NCBI GenBank assembly: GCA_963713975.1
Contig: OY970218.1
Span: 1,472,001-1,536,000 of the forward strand
Direction: 5' to 3'
DNA: 64,000 nucleotides
Source: an uncultured Chloroflexia bacterium
GTDB taxonomy: Bacteria > Chloroflexota > Limnocylindria > Limnocylindrales > CSP1-4
Every line of letters starts with the position of its first letter. The first letter of the stretch is position 1. A model generated the notes under the pieces. That model was not told the origin of the DNA and did no database searches. It saw nothing but the letters and a program-made list of their open reading frames with translations. Below are positions 51,023 to 60,202 of this stretch, in pieces. A program made the position numbers and the translations under genes.

Positions 51023-52189
51023 ATGCGGGCCACGACCTGGCGGGACTTCGACCTCACTCGCCGGCTGGAAAAGCTAGACCGAACGTTCGCGATGTCGGAT
51101 GTTGTGTCGGCCGACGACGTTCCGATCCTGGCGAACACGCCCTGCTATTTCGCCTTCTCTACGTTCGACAAACCCGACGACTACTTCACCAACCCCGCCA
51201 GCATGGTCGAGTACCAGGAGCGCGGCTTCCAGCGGCACCTCACCGAGATCAACGACGACGTCGTGCCCTACTTCATGCCCTGGTACGGCACCGGGGTGCT
51301 CGCCTCGGCCTTCGGGTGCGAGATTGCGACCGCACCGGGGCAGGGCAACGATCCGAGTGTGATTGGCCCCTCGGTGACCTCCATCGCGGATGCCATGCGC
51401 ATGCGGCTGCCCAACCCAGACCGCGACGGCTGGATGCCCCGGGTCCTCGCCACGATCGATCACGCCCGCGCGCACAGCGATCTGCCCGTGGGTCTCACCG
51501 ACATGCAGGGACCTCTGGACACCCTGGGCCAGATCTGCGGCCAGGTGCAGCTGTTCACGTGGATGTACGACGAGCCAGCTCTGGTCCACGACATGCTCGA
51601 CCTCGTGACGGACGCATTCATCGACTGGGTGAAGGTCCAGAAGGCGCATAGCGGCGACTCCCTCGAGACCAGCAACGGCCTTCAGGGCGTGGGCGCATCC
51701 GGCGTCGGCTGCTGGGAATCGGACGACGACATGACGATGCTAAGGCCCGAGATGTATGCCGAGTTCGTGGCTCCTCGCGTCGCGCGCATCTTCGATGCGT
51801 TCGGTGGCGGCAGCGTCCACTTCTGCGGCAAGGGGTACCAGCACCTGGACGCCATCCTCGGCCACCCGAGCGTCCGGGTGGTCAACAACTCGCCGATGGG
51901 CCAGTTCACGGGCCTCGGCGCCTTCCGCCGCCAGCTCGGCTCCTCGGTGAGCCTCCAGATCCAGGACATCGCACCGGTCGACGTCGAGGGGTACTACCGA
52001 CATCTGTTCACGGCGCTGGACGACCTACGAGGCGTGATGATCGTGCCGTTTGTCGTCGACGGCATCGGCATGGATTCGAGCGGGGGCTACGTCGTCCGGG
52101 ATGACGACCCGTTCGAGACCGCACGCCACCTGGTGGCGGTCGTCCGCGACTGCATCTCGATGAAGCTGGCGGGCACGCCCCTGCTCTGA
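51023..52189 (+). CDS. URO-D/MtaA-superfamily protein (paralog 2), candidate substrate:corrinoid methyltransferase
   Basis: Motifs PWYGTGVLASAFG, DMQGPLDT, MYDEP.LVH, SDDD...L.PEMY.EFVAP and VHFCG. Confidence 0.85.
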   Translation: MRATTWRDFDLTRRLEKLDRTFAMSDVVSADDVPILANTPCYFAFSTFDKPDDYFTNPASMVEYQERGFQRHLTEINDDVVPYFMPWYGTGVLASAFGCEIATAPGQGNDPSVIGPSVTSIADAMRMRLPNPDRDGWMPRVLATIDHARAHSDLPVGLTDMQGPLDTLGQICGQVQLFTWMYDEPALVHDMLDLVTDAFIDWVKVQKAHSGDSLETSNGLQGVGASGVGCWESDDDMTMLRPEMYAEFVAPRVARIFDAFGGGSVHFCGKGYQHLDAILGHPSVRVVNNSPMGQFTGLGAFRRQLGSSVSLQIQDIAPVDVEGYYRHLFTALDDLRGVMIVPFVVDGIGMDSSGGYVVRDDDPFETARHLVAVVRDCISMKLAGTPLL

Positions 52190-52261
52190 TCCCGTCCGGT
52201 GCCGTGTCGGTCACCGGTGAATTGACGATCCGCACGCTGCTGGACGAAGGTTGGTTTACAC

Positions 52262-53452
52262 ATGACGGACACCAGGTTCGACGACGCCCGGCCTACGATG
52301 AGCGGCCGGGAACGCGTGCTCACGGCCCTCGACCGTCGGGAGCCGGACCGGGTTCCGATCGAGTTCGGCTCCTCCCAACTCTCGAGCCTGCTGATCGGCC
52401 GGCCGTACGGTTACCGAGCGCTGTGCGAGTACTTGGGGGTGACGGACTATCCCGAGCCCGACATCAACTACTACCTGAACTCGGTGAAGAACATCGACGC
52501 GCGGATCATGCGTCGCTTCGGCGCCGACCTGCGCTGGGTCACGGCCGGCGCTCCGGAGGTCGAGCACCGGCCGGACGGCTCGCTGGTCGATGACTGGGGC
52601 ATGGTCCTCACGCCGACGGGCAACTTCAACGTGGTCGAGGACGCCAACACGCCGCTCCGCAACGCGACCTCGGCCGCGGAGATCGAGGCCTATCCGCTGT
52701 GGCCCGACCTCGACGACCCCCGGATCGCCGCCGGCAAGCGCGAGGAGGCGGCCGCCCATGCCGCCGCCGGCTTCGCCGTGGTCGCATCGCTCGGGCCGGG
52801 CGGGCGCCTGTTCCACACGTACTCCTGGCTGCGCGGTTTCGACTCCTGGCTGATGGACATGTACGACAACCCGCGCCTGTACCACGTCCTCGCCGAGCGC
52901 ATCACCGAGATCGGGATCGGCTACGTCGAGGCGTTCCTGCCATCGGTCGCCGCGGATGCCGACCTCGTCTACATGTCGGATGACCTGGGCACCCAGCAGA
53001 GCCTGTTGATGAGCCCCCAGGCCTACCGGACGTTCTGCAAGCCGTACCACAGCCGCCTGATCGCCGCGATCCGACGTGCCGCGCCGCGCGCGAAGGTCCT
53101 CATGCACTCCTGCGGAGCGATCTCGCAGGTGATCCCGGACCTGATCGAGATCGGCGTGGACGTTCTCAACCCCGTGCAGCCCAAGGCCGTCGGCATGGAA
53201 CCGCTGGTGGTGAAGCGCTCGTTCGGCAGCGAGCTCTCGTTCCTCGGGGGCCTGGACACGCAGGAGCTGCTGCCCTTCGGATCGCCGGAGGAGATCCGCG
53301 ACGGCGTCCGTGCGCTGATCGACGCCTACGCACCGGGCGGGGGATATATCTTCGCCCCCTCGCACGAGATCCTGCCGGAGGTCGAACCGTCGAACATCGT
53401 CGCGATGTTCGACGCGGCCCTCGAATTCGGCTCCCGGCCCGTCGACGGCTGA
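52262..53452 (+). CDS. URO-D/MtaA-superfamily protein (paralog 3)
   Basis: Motifs RERVL.AL..REPDRVP, DDWG, SDDLGTQ.SL.MSP, MHSCG, LNPVQP and GGGYIFAPSH. Confidence 0.92.
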   Translation: MTDTRFDDARPTMSGRERVLTALDRREPDRVPIEFGSSQLSSLLIGRPYGYRALCEYLGVTDYPEPDINYYLNSVKNIDARIMRRFGADLRWVTAGAPEVEHRPDGSLVDDWGMVLTPTGNFNVVEDANTPLRNATSAAEIEAYPLWPDLDDPRIAAGKREEAAAHAAAGFAVVASLGPGGRLFHTYSWLRGFDSWLMDMYDNPRLYHVLAERITEIGIGYVEAFLPSVAADADLVYMSDDLGTQQSLLMSPQAYRTFCKPYHSRLIAAIRRAAPRAKVLMHSCGAISQVIPDLIEIGVDVLNPVQPKAVGMEPLVVKRSFGSELSFLGGLDTQELLPFGSPEEIRDGVRALIDAYAPGGGYIFAPSHEILPEVEPSNIVAMFDAALEFGSRPVDG

Positions 53453-53472
53453 GTGGGACGCCGGGCCGGCCG

Positions 53473-54249
53473 TCAGACCATCAGCACCCCGCCGTCGATG
53501 TTGTAGGCCTGGCCGGTCACGACGCTGGCTTCGGGACTGGCGAGGTAGGTCGCGAGAACGGCGATCTCCGCCGGCTCGAGGCGCCGGCCGATCGGAGTCA
53601 GGGCGGCCTCGTACTCGTCGAGCGGCTTGTTGGCCCGCGCCGCGTGGTAGGCCATGTGCCGGTCGTTCGTCCTGGTGTTCACCGGGCCCGGGCAGATGGC
53701 ATTCACCGTGACGCCCTGTCCGGCGGTCTCGATGGCCAGCGTGCGGGTCAGCCCGAGCAGGCCGTGCTTGCTCGCCGAGTAGGCGGCCCCATGGAAGGTC
53801 CCGATCTTGCCGGCGATCGACGCGACCTGGATGATCCGGCCGTGACGGCGCTCGATCATGGGCCCCACGGCGTACTTGCTGAGCAGGTACGGTACGGTCA
53901 GGTTCACGTACAGCGTGAGGTCCCAGAAGGCGTCGTCGTAGTCCACGATCGGCCGAGGGTTGGCGCTGCTCCCGACCCCGGCGTTGTTGACGAGGATGTC
54001 GATCCGCCCGAGCTCCGCGACCGTGACATCGAACACCTGCCGGGCTGCGCCGGGCTCCGCGAGGTCGGCCGTCACGGTCACGCATCTGCCGCCCTCGCGC
54101 TCGATCTCCCGCCGTGCGGACTCCAACCCCTCGCCGTCCCGGGCGGTGAGCATCACGGCCGCGCCTTCCGACGCGAACGCCAGTCCGATTGCGCGGCCGA
54201 TGCCCCGGCTGGCTCCGGTCACGAGGGCGACCTGGTCGGTGAGGATCAC
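53473..54249 (-). CDS. Short-chain dehydrogenase/reductase
   Basis: Motifs TGASRGIG, NNAG, YSASKHG and NAICPG. RBS GGGAGAG before the GTG. Confidence 0.93.
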   Translation of the reverse strand: MILTDQVALVTGASRGIGRAIGLAFASEGAAVMLTARDGEGLESARREIEREGGRCVTVTADLAEPGAARQVFDVTVAELGRIDILVNNAGVGSSANPRPIVDYDDAFWDLTLYVNLTVPYLLSKYAVGPMIERRHGRIIQVASIAGKIGTFHGAAYSASKHGLLGLTRTLAIETAGQGVTVNAICPGPVNTRTNDRHMAYHAARANKPLDEYEAALTPIGRRLEPAEIAVLATYLASPEASVVTGQAYNIDGGVLMV

Positions 54250-54408
54250 GATGCTCTCCCGGCTATGCGGCCATGCGTCTGGACCGGCAATCCGTGGCCG
54301 GAGTGCCGCCGGTCGCCGCCCGGGCCGCAACCGCGCCCGGGCACCGGCCGTTATCGATCGAGCGCCCTCGGCTTCGCGGCGACGAGGCACCTCGGTCGAG
54401 ACGCGGGC

Positions 54409-55587
54409 TCACTCGCCGTAGGCCCCGAACTCGCGGCCCGCTGCCGCGAACGCCTCGATGTTCTCGTAGGGCGTCCCGTCGAAGAAGAAGTCCGTCGTCG
54501 ACAGGATGAGGTTGCCACGCTGCCTGGTTGCGCCCAACACGCCGCGCACACGCTCCCGCACCTGCACGGGGGTGGCGTTCACCATGAAGTCGACCTGGTC
54601 GATGTTGCCGCGCAGCGCCATGTCGGGCCTCAGGATCCGCAGCGCCTCGTCGAGATCGACGTCGCCGAAGGGTGGCGTGACGAGGTAGCCGAGACAGTCG
54701 ATGTCCATCTCGTTGTAGAGGGGCAGGATCCGGGCCGCCGTGCCGCAGTTGTGGTAGATGACCGGTGCACCAGCCTCGTGGATGGCCCCGATGACGCGTT
54801 GCTCGTATGCCATCACGTGGTCCCTGAAGAACCGCGGGCCGACCGAGCTGCCAGCCAGGTTCCCGCCGAGCTCGACAACGTCCGCTCCGGCGTCGGTGAA
54901 GCGCTGGTTGCGCCGGACGACCCAGCCGACGATGAAGTCCATCAACTCGCGATAGAACCCGTCGTCCTCCATCGGATCCGCCATCAGCTGCTCGACGTTG
55001 CGGAACACCGCGGCCTGGTTGAAGGCGCCATTCGTGCACGTCGCGACGAGCCCGCGATCGCCGGTCGCGGCGCGTGCCCTGCGGATCAGGCCGCAGTCCA
55101 TCGCGTCGGCCGGCGGCATGTACCTCTGGAGCAGGTCGAGGTCCCTCGGCTCCTTGATGATGTACTCCTCGGGCGCGCAGACGATGAGGTGCTTCGACGT
55201 GCGCTGGTAGACCTCGACGAGGCGAAGCTGCCCGCCGGGCGTCTCGATGACCACCGTACGGCGCGTGTCGTCGCCGCGCCGCTCGTCGGTGATGTGCACG
55301 TCCCAGCCGTCCTGGGCGTGAAGGATGGTGCCGTCGGCCTGGGTGCTCCGCGCGGCCCAGAAGTCCCATACCGAGCCCAGCGAATGCAGCACGTCGAAGC
55401 CGAAGTGGTCGCAGTACTCGACGAACTTCTCGATGACGTCGAAGTCGGGCGGATCGAAGAACGTGTCGATCTTGGGCACGTAGTCGAACATCTCGTAGAC
55501 CGCGTTGTGGTACAGGAACGGGGCAATCGGGACCCTGTCCGCCCGTTCCCCGCGCAGCGTGCGAAGGAGTCGCTCGCGGCCGTTCAT
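54409..55587 (-). CDS. URO-D/MtaA-superfamily protein (paralog 4)
   Basis: Motifs RERLL..LRG...DRVP, ETPGG.L, YHNCG, LRGNID and ILSTTD...TPYENI. GGAGG precedes ATG 55587. Confidence 0.88.
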   Translation of the reverse strand: MNGRERLLRTLRGERADRVPIAPFLYHNAVYEMFDYVPKIDTFFDPPDFDVIEKFVEYCDHFGFDVLHSLGSVWDFWAARSTQADGTILHAQDGWDVHITDERRGDDTRRTVVIETPGGQLRLVEVYQRTSKHLIVCAPEEYIIKEPRDLDLLQRYMPPADAMDCGLIRRARAATGDRGLVATCTNGAFNQAAVFRNVEQLMADPMEDDGFYRELMDFIVGWVVRRNQRFTDAGADVVELGGNLAGSSVGPRFFRDHVMAYEQRVIGAIHEAGAPVIYHNCGTAARILPLYNEMDIDCLGYLVTPPFGDVDLDEALRILRPDMALRGNIDQVDFMVNATPVQVRERVRGVLGATRQRGNLILSTTDFFFDGTPYENIEAFAAAGREFGAYGE

Positions 55588-55634
55588 CCCGTCCTCCACT
55601 GGCATCGGTCAGGCTGTGGGTGTGTGCTCGGGCA

Positions 55635-56345
55635 TCAGCGGCGGATCCGCGCCGAGCCGCGCGACCCGAACGCGTCGCCTCCGCCGACCCGGTCGTACAC
55701 GTCCGTCTTGCGTGTCGGGGTCACGTACGCCTCGCCCCCCACCCTGCGACTGCCATCCACTCGTGGCGGTTGGCCGAGCGCACGTCGCGGAGCGTCGTTG
55801 CAGCCACCTTCAGCCTGGGAAACCGCCCCAGGAGCCGGTCCATCATCTCCAGGTACCGCCCCGGATCGAGCGCCGACCCGGCTGCGGCGACCGGCCGGGA
55901 TGCCCAGCCCCTTCTGGAGTTCCTCCGCGTTGCCCACGAGCACGTCCGCGCACTCCGCGATCCTGGCCGAGTACTGAGGTGGCTTCCCGTCCACCTTCCG
56001 CCGCCCATAGCCTCTCCCGGTAGTCTACGTCGAACGACACGACGGCTCCGGCCGCCGTGGCAGCCTGCATGCCTACCACGATCAGGTCGGCCGGCGTCTC
56101 GGACAGTGCCGCGAAGATGCCCCCACTGTGGAACCAGCGCACGCCCTGGGTGAAGATGGCATGCCAGTCGACGTCGCCCGGTCGGAGGCGTGCCGCGGGC
56201 CTCTTTCGCACGGTTGTCGAAGACGACCGGCGCGCGCACGCCGTACCCGAGGTCGCTGCAGACGGCGGTGATGTTCGGGCCTTTGACCCCGTCCTACGCG
56301 AAGTGGCGATGCTCATCGTTCGCTCCGAGCCCTTGGTGTCCCGCG
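55635..56345 (-). pseudogene. PfkB/KdgK-like sugar kinase pseudogene
   Basis: Fragments across three frames: GVRAPVVFDNRA, WFHSGGIFAALS, VSFDVDYR..LW, DVLVGNAEEL, ATTLR and DRVGGGDAF. In-frame TAG at 56294-56296. Both ends are missing. Confidence 0.85.
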
Positions 56346-56392
56346 CGCCCCGCGCCCGGCAAGCCCGGCCGCCGTTCATGAGGCGGCGGCGG

Positions 56393-56782
56393 TCAGTCCG
56401 CTGCCTCGACCGCCTCGTCGGGCGAGTCCTGGTTGGGGGCGACGATCGACAGCCAGGCGAGCGGCTCGGGACCGGTCGGCTGGATCCGGTGGACGACGCC
56501 GCGCGGCACGTAGACCAGGCTTCCCGGCCCGGCCACGAAGTCAGGCTCGCTGCCGACGGTGAACGTCCCGCGCCCTTCCACGACCAGCATCGCCTCGTCC
56601 GCCTGGGGGTGTCGATGCGGTCGGTGGGGCTCCTCGCCGAACGGCATCCGGAGCAGCACGACCCGAAGCGCGCCGGAGGCCGCGAGCATAGCCCTCTGTC
56701 CGCCCAGCTCGAGCTTGCGCAGGATCTCGCCCGTATCGAGCACCGTGGCGTTCTGCGCCTCGTCAGCGGACACGTAGGGCAC
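56393..56782 (-). CDS. Cupin-domain protein
   Basis: Motifs PHRHPQADE...V.EG.G and VPRGVVH. Confidence 0.85.
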   Translation of the reverse strand: MPYVSADEAQNATVLDTGEILRKLELGGQRAMLAASGALRVVLLRMPFGEEPHRPHRHPQADEAMLVVEGRGTFTVGSEPDFVAGPGSLVYVPRGVVHRIQPTGPEPLAWLSIVAPNQDSPDEAVEAAD

Positions 56783-56842
56783 GGAGGGCTTCCTCTCTGG
56801 TCAGGGGCCTGTCGTCGTAGGGTTGACCGGACATGCGACGTG

Positions 56843-57964
56843 TCATGTCTGCACGAGCGTCGGGGTCTGGGCGACGATCCCGCGTGCGATGGGCAATCGG
56901 ACTGGGGCACCGTCGGCCTGCGACCGGTAGATCGCCGCCGCGATCTCCACGGACTTGCGGCCTTCCTCACCGGGCACGAGCGGCGGGCGCCCTTCGCGCG
57001 CGGCAGTCAGGAAGTCCTCGACCTGGGCCCGGTGGTAGTGGGTCATGACGTCGATCCGCGAAGTCCGCTCCCGGTCCTCGCGCTGCCATCCGGGCAGCAG
57101 GTCCTCCTCGCCGGTGATCGTCCAGATGTCGTTGACCGGTGGCTCCACAGCAGCGGTGACGCCGGCGATGAACGCGGACCCGGTCTCGGTCTCGACCCCG
57201 ACGGACGCACCGTTCTCGCCGTGGATGTGGATCCGGCCGAACAGGCCCGGCTTCTGGGAGTTACTCACGACGATGGAGCCGAGCGCCTGCCCCCGGAACC
57301 GGAGCACGGCGATGGCCGTGTCCTCGACCTCGATGTAGGGGTGATTGAGGTTCGCGCAGTACCCGAACACCTCCTCAACGGGGCCCATGAGCCACTGGAG
57401 AAGATCGAGGTGGTGGGTCACCTGGTTGACGAGGATGCCTCCTCCTTCTCCGGCCCAGGTGCCGCGCCACGGGTCGGCGGCGTAGTAGTCCTCGCCACGC
57501 CAGCCGAGCACGGTCGCGGTACCCAGGATCGGTCGGCCGACCTTGCCTTGCAGGATCGCCTCCCGTAGCCGCACCACCGGCTCGTACAGCCGCCGCTGGC
57601 TGACTACGCCCAGGAGCACGCTGTTCGCGGAGGCCGTTCGAATCATGGCATCGCATTCGTCCACGGTGAGTGCCATGGGCTTCTCGACGAGCACGTGCCG
57701 CCCGGACTCTGCGACGCGGATCGCCAGCCCGGCATGCGTGGGATGGGGAGTACAGATGCTGACCATCCGCACGCGGTCGTCGTCCAGGAGGGCGTCGATA
57801 CTGGTGTGCGCCCGGACCTCGTACCGGTTGGCGAACGCGGTCGCCCGCGCGGCGTCGGTGTCGAGGACGGCCAGGAACCGGGAACCCGGCAGGGACGCCA
57901 AGGCGTCGGCGTGAGCCGACGCGACCTTGCCCGTGCCGATGACGGCCGTGCCCACGCGCTCCAC
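56843..57964 (-). CDS. Gfo/Idh/MocA-family oxidoreductase
   Basis: Motifs IGTGKVA..H, ICTPHPTH, VEKPMA, WRGTW..EGGG.L.NQ..H.LD and EVEDTA. Confidence 0.93.
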   Translation of the reverse strand: MERVGTAVIGTGKVASAHADALASLPGSRFLAVLDTDAARATAFANRYEVRAHTSIDALLDDDRVRMVSICTPHPTHAGLAIRVAESGRHVLVEKPMALTVDECDAMIRTASANSVLLGVVSQRRLYEPVVRLREAILQGKVGRPILGTATVLGWRGEDYYAADPWRGTWAGEGGGILVNQVTHHLDLLQWLMGPVEEVFGYCANLNHPYIEVEDTAIAVLRFRGQALGSIVVSNSQKPGLFGRIHIHGENGASVGVETETGSAFIAGVTAAVEPPVNDIWTITGEEDLLPGWQREDRERTSRIDVMTHYHRAQVEDFLTAAREGRPPLVPGEEGRKSVEIAAAIYRSQADGAPVRLPIARGIVAQTPTLVQT

Positions 57965-58020
57965 GGTCCGGTCCTCAGGCTTGTCTGGTCCGCGACGGGA
58001 CGCAGGTCCCGATTCGGTCG

Positions 58021-59100
58021 TCAGGACGACGGGCCAACGAACAGGCCCTCCGTCTTGTCCGTGCCCTCGGGGACCACGTCGATATCGAGCATCACGGCCC
58101 CGCGTGGAAGGCTCGTGGTGAGAAGCGAGACCTCCCGCTCGGTGAGCACGCCGAGCACGATCAGCGGCTTCCTCGAGGCGATAGCCTGCAGCCTCGGCAC
58201 GAGCTCCTCGATAGACGGACCCGTGGGGTCGATCGTCATCTCGATGGCCCCAAGGGCCGGGATGTCGAGACCCCACTCCGCGAGATTGCCGTAGGAGTGG
58301 GTGTGGAGCACGTGGAAGTCGAAGGCATTCACGACGGCGGTCATGGAGGGAAGCAGGAACTCCCGGAAGACCGGATACGAGACGTTCACCGCGTAGTCTT
58401 CCTGCATCCGGATGGTGGTCCCGGGACTCCACAGCCCGTACTGGTTGCAGTAGCCGCCGGCCAGCGTCGGGAGCGCCTCGAGCTGGACGCGCGCCCAGTG
58501 GATGTACAGGTCCGTGATCTGGCCGAGCAGCGACCGGATCTCGCGCGGGTGGTCGTAGAACCCGATGTAGCAGCGCTCAACCCCCATCGCCGCGATCAGG
58601 AGGTCGCCGGGACCCCTGCTGATCATGTCCAGGGTGGGGATGCACTGGGCCGGGTAGTAGGTATCCACGATGTGGGCGAGGAAGTCCAGCAGTTTGTCGA
58701 GCCACTCCATCCGCGGGCTGAACCCCTGGTTCGGCTGGGCGAACCAGTCGTCACCCAAATACTCGACCGGCCACACGGTCTGGGAGACGGTCGACACCTG
58801 CATCCCGCAACCCGTGATGCCCACGAGCCACGGCACGCGGTGATACGGAAAGAGCGTGTTGAACGTCCCGCGGCCCCGGGTCGGCGACCCGGTGGCCGGC
58901 ACGATGGGTCGCGGCTGGAGCTCCTCGGGCAACACCGCATCGGGCTCCAGGAGCAGTCCATCGCACTCGGACCACGCGTCCGGGAGCGCCGGCACGTGAC
59001 GGAACCGTTGGGCCAGGCCGCAGTCGTCGTTGACGATCGCGTGCTCGGCCCGGCGCTCCCACCAGCTCCCGTGGAGGTCGATCAGGTCCCGGTCCGTCAC
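58021..59100 (-). CDS. URO-D/MtaA-superfamily-like protein (paralog 5, divergent)
   Basis: Motifs RGPGDLL.A.MG, FYDHP, QEDY..NVS...FREF.LP and LHTHS. Start uncertain. Confidence 0.7.
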   Translation of the reverse strand: MTDRDLIDLHGSWWERRAEHAIVNDDCGLAQRFRHVPALPDAWSECDGLLLEPDAVLPEELQPRPIVPATGSPTRGRGTFNTLFPYHRVPWLVGITGCGMQVSTVSQTVWPVEYLGDDWFAQPNQGFSPRMEWLDKLLDFLAHIVDTYYPAQCIPTLDMISRGPGDLLIAAMGVERCYIGFYDHPREIRSLLGQITDLYIHWARVQLEALPTLAGGYCNQYGLWSPGTTIRMQEDYAVNVSYPVFREFLLPSMTAVVNAFDFHVLHTHSYGNLAEWGLDIPALGAIEMTIDPTGPSIEELVPRLQAIASRKPLIVLGVLTEREVSLLTTSLPRGAVMLDIDVVPEGTDKTEGLFVGPSS

Positions 59101-59217
59101 TGCCGAGGAGCGCCGTGTGTGTGCCCCGGGCTCGGGGGCGGCCGGGCTCATGGCAGCAAGGGCGGGACGTCGCGGCCTGTCCGCCACGCGCCCTGCGACT
59201 CGAGTCCCCGCGACCGC

Positions 59218-59952
59218 CTAGCCGCCATCGGACGGCCGATCCGAGGGCAACGGCATCGCCGGCTGCTGGTAGCGCTGCCGCCCGTTCTCGAGGTGACGGA
59301 CCATCGCCTGCTGGGCGACCACCGGATCGCGCTGGAGGATCGCCTCGGCGACCTTCTTGAGATCGATCATGCCGAGCACCTCCCACTCGGGCCTCTGGCC
59401 GGTCATCACGCGGCTCTCGGTGAGCGCGGCACCGAGGCTCGCGACGATGGCCAAGAGGAGGGGGTTGTGCGCGGCAGTCACGATGAGTGAGTGGAGCCTG
59501 ACGTCCCGCGCCCGAATGGCGTCGGGATCCACGTCGTCAGCGGGAAAGGCCGCCAGCCAGTCTGCCACCTCGTCACGCTCGAGATCGGTCGCCCGTTCGG
59601 CGGCGAACGCGGCCGCGGATCCCTCCAGCAGCTCCCGGACCTCGAACAGCCAGTCGAGTCCGCCCTTGCTCGCGAGGAGCACCCTTGCCGGGCGGAGGAG
59701 GGGCCGAGCCTCGAAGTCGAGCACATAGGTGCCATCGCCCTGCCTCGACTCCAGGATTCCCACCATGGTCAGAGCTCGGATCGCTTCCCGAAGCGTCGGC
59801 CTGCTCACGCCGAGCTTGGCTCCGAGCTCACGCTCTGACGGTAGCTTCTGCCCGGGCTCGAGACGGCCCTCGATGATGAGGCGCTCGATCTGGTCGACGG
59901 TGTGGTCGGCGAGACCGCTCCGGTCGACCGTCGTGAATGGCTCAGTGGCCAT
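59218..59952 (-). CDS. FadR-subfamily GntR transcriptional regulator
   Basis: wHTH LPSERELG..LGVSRPTLREA...L...G.LESRQGDGTYV, and FCD domain D..LH..I..AAHNPLL. Confidence 0.93.
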   Translation of the reverse strand: MATEPFTTVDRSGLADHTVDQIERLIIEGRLEPGQKLPSERELGAKLGVSRPTLREAIRALTMVGILESRQGDGTYVLDFEARPLLRPARVLLASKGGLDWLFEVRELLEGSAAAFAAERATDLERDEVADWLAAFPADDVDPDAIRARDVRLHSLIVTAAHNPLLLAIVASLGAALTESRVMTGQRPEWEVLGMIDLKKVAEAILQRDPVVAQQAMVRHLENGRQRYQQPAMPLPSDRPSDGG

Positions 59953-59974
59953 CAATGGTGCTCCGCTGGGCAGA

Positions 59975-60035
59975 TGGCCAAATGGCTTGACCTTTTGCTG
60001 GGCCGAACCTACCATCAGGCGGCGTCCCCCGTCAA
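59975..60035. promoter_or_regulatory. Bidirectional sigma70-like promoter with FadR-type operator (copy B)
   Basis: Plus strand TTGACC(59987)-17-TACCAT(60010). Minus strand TTGACG(60035-60030)-18-TAGGTT(60011-60006). The 18-mer is identical to copy A. Confidence 0.75.
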
Positions 60036-60055
60036 CTGTCACAAGCAGCGCAGAT

Positions 60056-60090
60056 TCTGATATTGCATCAGATACGATATGTCGTATTGT
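60056..60090 (+). promoter_or_regulatory. Second promoter candidate with overlapping palindromes
   Basis: TCTGAT-N5-ATCAGA (60056-60072), ATACGA-N4-TCGTAT (60072-60087), and TTGCAT-16-TATTGT. Confidence 0.5.
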
Positions 60091-60202
60091 TGCGGAACGG
60101 AGACGGCCCACGTCGCAGAGCGGGGCCATCAGGAGGGTCAGCCGTGCTAATGCGCAATGACCAACCATCGGCGGGCATCCCGTCGGGACAGGTGCGCGCG
60201 GC

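Noticed and set aside
53644-55977. Long alternative-frame ORFs (777 aa here; also 14708..16954, 35620..37920, 10423..12003)
   Set aside because: They are stop-poor shadow frames of real high-GC genes on the opposite strand and have no recognisable motifs.
56294-56296. In-frame TAG as pyrrolysine near corrinoid genes
   Set aside because: It lies in a kinase pseudogene with several frameshifts, and no pyl or mttB genes are present.
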